Assembly: GCA_020184695.1 (NCBI GenBank)
Contig: JAANOX010000278.1
Span: 1-64,000, forward strand
Source: Histomonas meleagridis 2922-C6/04-290x
Taxonomy: Eukaryota > Protista > Parabasalia
DNA length: 64,000 bases
Direction of reading: 5' to 3'
Below, piece by piece: positions 59,458 through 64,000 of the stretch. The translations under genes were made by a program, and so were the position numbers. The notes under the pieces are model-generated. The model did no database searches, was not told where the DNA came from, and worked only from the letters and a program-made list of their open reading frames with translations. Position 1 is the first letter of the stretch. Each line of letters begins with the position of its first letter.

Positions 59458-61475
59458 TTACATCCATTGATCATCATCTTCTTTTGCCATTTCTCCTATT
59501 GTTTGTATCATTTCATATTGCTGTTCTTTTTCTAAATTGGAACTTAACGAATCACTAAACTTTCCATTAAGTTCCGAATCTGATTTATCTTTTTTACTAA
59601 TTCTAAATAACCAAACCATAACACCAATGATGATTAACACCAAAGCTATAGATCCGCATATAATCCCAATAAGAGATACACTGTTTAAAACAGGTTCATC
59701 ACTAATACGATATAAAGATTGAAATACAAATGTATAATAATCTGAATAAAAACTAATGATTGCAGTCATGTGAATAATTGAATATTCATAAAATATTAAT
59801 GTCGAATCGGATAAATACTGAGTGCGGAAAATTTGGGTGAATGAACTTATGTCAGATGAATATATTGTGAGAATAAACGAAAAACTGAGTGACGCACCAA
59901 ATGGAAATGAAGAAGTGAAAGAATTGGACTCTGAAAACGAATTAGAATTGTTTGACTCTGAAAATGAATTTGATTGAGTAAATGTATTCGACTGTGAATA
60001 TGTATTCGATTGGGAAAATGTATTCGTAGAGAAATTTAGTCGAACTGTAGTGATATTTCCTGTGATATTTTTATTATCTGTTGGAGCAACATGAATATAC
60101 ATTTGATCCACAACATCATTAGTTGTAAATTTAATAGTATTATCGTGAGTTATATTTGTTAAATCATGTAACTCACAATTAGCATTAGCGCTAAATGTAT
60201 AATTATAATAAGCGATTCCTTTAGTAACATTAACAACAACTTCTGACTCATTGATGCTTTGGCCTGTACTATTATATGCAACAACTTTAAATGCATATTG
60301 TGTACCAACATTTGCTTCAATTGTTATTAAATAATTTGCTTGATCTATTACTATGTCATTAATTTCTGGTTGCGATGTGTCAGGCAAATTTAGATAATGA
60401 TCTTCAAACTCAGTTTCATTAGTTCTTTGCTTAAGATAAAATATAGTGTTGGCAAGGATTTTTCGTTCAAAAGATGTTGCCGAACCAGTGTGACCTGTTT
60501 GAACCATTGCTGTGTTTCCAAATGTGTTAAGATAGAAATTATCTGATTCATTGCAGTTGGTTGTATTATATTCGGGGGTACTAGCAAATGAAAACCAAAT
60601 ATCCATGAGCTTTATGATGCGAAGTGTGAGAAAAATTAATTGACTCATCTTCTTCTCCCCTATTAATGAGGTTCCATGTATACATTAATAGTAATCCTTG
60701 CTTGTGAACTCCTATTTTGTCAGACTGTATGTAATTGAAATAATCTTTATCATGTTCTTTAACTGTAACATTAAATAACTTTCGAATAGCAACTATACCT
60801 TCGACATTACCTTTATCATCTTCAAAACCAGAGGTGATCGAATCATGTCCAGTAATAAAGCCATATCCTTTTTTGATGTAATCACTGATAACTCCTTCTG
60901 CTGTTTCTGTTTTGATTGACTAGCAGTCACTATAATCCCAAAATCCAAAAGCAATGACATCAAAATGGTACAACCATGGTTTGATTGTACTTTTCCAACT
61001 CTTTTCCGAAATCATCTATAGATTTGAGTGTTACATTAATAATTTGTTCACCATTAGAATCAGCACCACAAGCATCGTAATTATCGTTTTCAATAAAGCC
61101 ACCTTCCATCCAAACTTTTAAAGAAGCTGATTTGGGATAATTTGATATAGAACCAGACGTAAAGCTCATATATACTTCATCATTTGTTAAAAAAGGTTCG
61201 CATTCATCAATGTTAATCAAAGCTGTACCATTGATACTATTTGATGGATAAATATTTAAAACATTTATAGTAGTTCTTCATTTGTGCGTGCTAACAGATT
61301 CCCAGCCGCTTTTTGTTTCCAAAAATATTTTATAATAATCAGTTTGATTTTTTTCTTGATCATTAATTGTCCAATTGAGATAAACTCCACCAGCCCCATT
61401 TGCATATGTTGCATTGTATTTTGCATTAAGTATTAGTTCTTCAAAAAATATGAAGAAATAGAAGAAAATAAACAT
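59458..61475 (-). pseudogene. Surface protein pseudogene: GATase-like ectodomain, beta-sandwich region, stalk and type B TM/tail
   Basis: Signal peptide at 61475. TGA 61278, frameshift near 60980, TAG 60920 and frameshift near 60605. Motifs PKSASLKVWMEGG, GYGFITGHD, NFYL...AMVQTGH and ERKILANTIFYLKQ. Confidence 0.8.
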
Positions 61476-61519
61476 TTAATTTTTTTCAAGTCCCGGAAAA
61501 CGATAGACCATTCAATTTT

Positions 61520-62030
61520 GTGATGTTTTTGAATTGTTTATTTATGATTGAAAGATCCATTTATGCCGAAAATATTTCGAAAGATATCATTACACATTTA
61601 ACAAATCAAACAGCAAATCATGGGAGATCAATGAAAGAACGATTCAGTTATCTCAAGAATGAATATATTTTTACAAGATGTCATCAAACTGATAAAGAAT
61701 GTGATTGTGGCTGGAATAAATATTATACAAAAATATATGGTACAAGATTTTCTTGTATACATGAAATTGAAATGTTTAAAAAATGTCCAGAATATCCAAA
61801 ACTAGTTCTTTCCAGGTACAATCAAATGAACATAATAAAAATATGTTAATCTGAAGAAAGCATTAAATTGGTAATAACACCAAAAAATAAAGAAATAAAA
61901 ATTCGTCCAAATGAATTATATAGCTTTACTGATAAACATGTTGTCGAATTGTCTAAAGGACCAAACACAAGATATGCTAAAATTCAAATGTGGAAAGTTG
62001 TAAATGAAATATATTTCATTAATCAGAATG
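61520..62030 (+). mobile_element. Mutator-like (MULE) transposase C-terminal relic
   Basis: SWIM-type CDCG-x-CIH motif (ECDCGWNKYYTKIYGTRFSCIH) with downstream stops. Confidence 0.45.
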
Positions 62031-62282
62031 TATAGAATAGAAGATGAAAAACAGTAATAGATATAGTAGTAGATAATTTTGCAGATTTTAATCTAAACAA
62101 AGAGGAGTGCGCAAATGAAGAGAATATTGCAATGGAGAAAAAAATTGCGCTAAATTTAAATAATAACTTTTTCAATGTATAAACTATTCATTCCAAAATT
62201 GTATACCTGGATCCAGGTATCCTTCCATCGGCCTTACAAGCATAATAAAGTCTTTCTTAGACTTAAAAGAGTTTTAGAAATC

Positions 62283-62520
62283 GGTTGGACGGGAAATGGT
62301 CCCATTTCGTTGTAAAAATACGATACAGTGATTTCTAAACATCGATGGTTATTTTCTTAAGACGACGATCACGAAGGTTTTACGTATTCAATATTCCCTA
62401 TCGTAAATATAACCGTTGCTAGTGGACGATAGATTTTTTTCTGTAGATTAACGATCATTTGCTCTTTCTGACAAACACAATATATATATTCGAAATCCGG
62501 GGACCATTTCCCGTCCAACC
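62283..62520. mobile_element. 238-bp MITE
   Basis: Perfect 21-bp TIR GGTTGGACGGGAAATGGTCCC. Flanks TAGAAATC and AAGAAATC form an 8-bp TSD with 1 mismatch. Confidence 0.88.
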
Positions 62521-63076
62521 AAGAAATCTCCCTGGTGATTTTCCTGTTTGAAATTTATTAACTCTATACTTTCGGGTGTAAGGGCAACTCATAATTGAAT
62601 AGTTTACAAAATTCTGCAGCTAAATTTATTGGTATTGACTTTCATTCAGCATCTTGAATGAAAAGTACACATATTTTCTTTTCTTATGCAGAATATTATG
62701 GAAAGATATTTCACAAAAAATCCAGTAATGTTCAAGGAATACCTTCAAGTCTGAAATTTGAGCCGGTTTGTTAGATTTTAAAGTATGTTTTTTCTGACTT
62801 TGGGTATGCACAAACAGTTTATCTTTTAAATATTTTAACTTGGGCGGAGATTGACTCCATTCTTGGGCAGAATAAATAACCTCATAATAAAAATTAAAGA
62901 CTTTTATTTGTTGATTGCCGAAATTTTATACGGCATGTTTTTACAACCATGGACCCATGAACTTTTTGAACGCTTACGGGTAAGGAATTAATATAAAAAG
63001 CCGATAAGTGAGGGATTTGAGTTGGTTGAACGTTGATAGAATTGAGTGGGGGTTTGTACGTTTTTTAGAGGTGGGA

Positions 63077-64000
63077 ATGGGCTGCGTTTTTTCCGAACCA
63101 GATTTCCCTCAACGAAATAATCGTGTCTCACCATCAGCATTTAGAAGCAAAAGACAAAAAGTGTTAAGTTCAAATGAAGGAGATATTCTTCAAAAAGGTG
63201 TTGATTTTATTTTACAAGGAATCACCTCATTGCAAAATATTGAAAACATAGTACCCGTTGTTTCTCTTTCCCCAACGTCAATTCCAATAATGTTAAATAA
63301 TTTCCCAATCAACGAAGATCAATTTATTGAATTACCTGTTGCAGCCATTTCAATTGTTGGTGCTGGGAAAGTATTTGCAATAGGTACTCCTTATTTTCTT
63401 TCGCATGAAGCACTTATGGATCCTGAAACATCCACATTTTTAGAGAATGCTTTTCTTTGGGGATCAGGAAAAAGGATGCCACACATATTAATATCCGGAT
63501 TTCCGAACTCAGTTTCTTCTCGTATTTCTGCAGATTTAACATCTTTTGGGTATTTTGTCGAATCACAAAATCCAATATCAGATGCATCAAATTCTAACAT
63601 TATTATTCTTCAAAGTGACGTCAACGTCAGTCGTATTGCAGATTTGATCCTCGATTTCCTTCAAAGAGGATGCGCCATTTTTATATTTCCGGCGCATTTT
63701 AAAGTGCATGAAAACATTTACGCGTTTAGTAATTATATTTCTGTTCTCGGTCTTGAATTTCTTGACAATGGACTTCATTCAGAGAATGCTACAATTGAAG
63801 TATCGGATTTTAAAGAACTTAAAAGTTATAATTTTTATTCAATTTCAAATCGATATATCGAATTAATTCATGGGTCACCAACACTTGAAGAACTTGACAA
63901 TGTCGTTTGTAAGCTTCGTTTTTATGTTTCCAAACTCACTTGTTGTTTTTTTGAGACTTCTTTAAATCTATTAAATGAATCATGGGATTATCTCATGAAA
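63077..64000 (+). CDS. Second M60-like/TCAF-type paralog, 5' part (runs off the window; missing from the ORF track)
   Basis: 308 open codons from ATG GGC TGC (MGCVFSEP). Similar layout to 27878, including LDNVVCKLRFY versus LDDTITALRYY and ESWDYL versus KSWSFL. Confidence 0.75.
   Translation, partial: MGCVFSEPDFPQRNNRVSPSAFRSKRQKVLSSNEGDILQKGVDFILQGITSLQNIENIVPVVSLSPTSIPIMLNNFPINEDQFIELPVAAISIVGAGKVFAIGTPYFLSHEALMDPETSTFLENAFLWGSGKRMPHILISGFPNSVSSRISADLTSFGYFVESQNPISDASNSNIIILQSDVNVSRIADLILDFLQRGCAIFIFPAHFKVHENIYAFSNYISVLGLEFLDNGLHSENATIEVSDFKELKSYNFYSISNRYIELIHGSPTLEELDNVVCKLRFYVSKLTCCFFETSLNLLNESWDYLMK

Noticed and set aside
62203-62220. Perfect 18-bp palindrome ATACCTGGATCCAGGTAT
   Set aside because: Single instance without context; a 9-bp-arm palindrome is not very unlikely in 64 kb.

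Overview
AT-rich (roughly 70-75% by eye) eukaryotic DNA from a parabasalid (trichomonad). The evidence is a Trichomonas-type histone H3, an Inr-binding (IBD) transcription factor, BspA LRR surface proteins, DUF3447-type ankyrins and TCA(T/C)T initiator promoters. The species cannot be fixed from sequence alone. The genetic code is standard and genes are essentially intronless. About 2.8-48 kb is a compact housekeeping block: VPS9-domain protein, beta-adaptin, TMEM115, VPS26C, PX protein, COG3, Rab, BRWD/PHIP, bromodomain, H3, eS26, PDI-like and DnaJ-like genes. It is interrupted by transposon relics and pseudogenes. The left end holds a frameshifted D5-like SF3 helicase bracketed by inverted repeats, plus a Tc1 relic. 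A complete but dead pogo-like element lies at 15.4-17.1 kb. The right third is accessory DNA: a 1.1-kb (TTA)n/(TTTA)n array, P-element-like and MULE relics, a 238-bp MITE and an array of surface-protein genes. The most interesting signal is modularity in those surface genes. Two ectodomain types (BspA-LRR and an uncharacterised GATase-like domain) each occur with both of two TM/tail cassettes. A ~99% identical 705-bp LRR block is joined to unrelated in-frame N-terminal regions and diverged C-termini. No tRNA, rRNA or CRISPR array was supported. All family assignments are by motif recognition, not database search.
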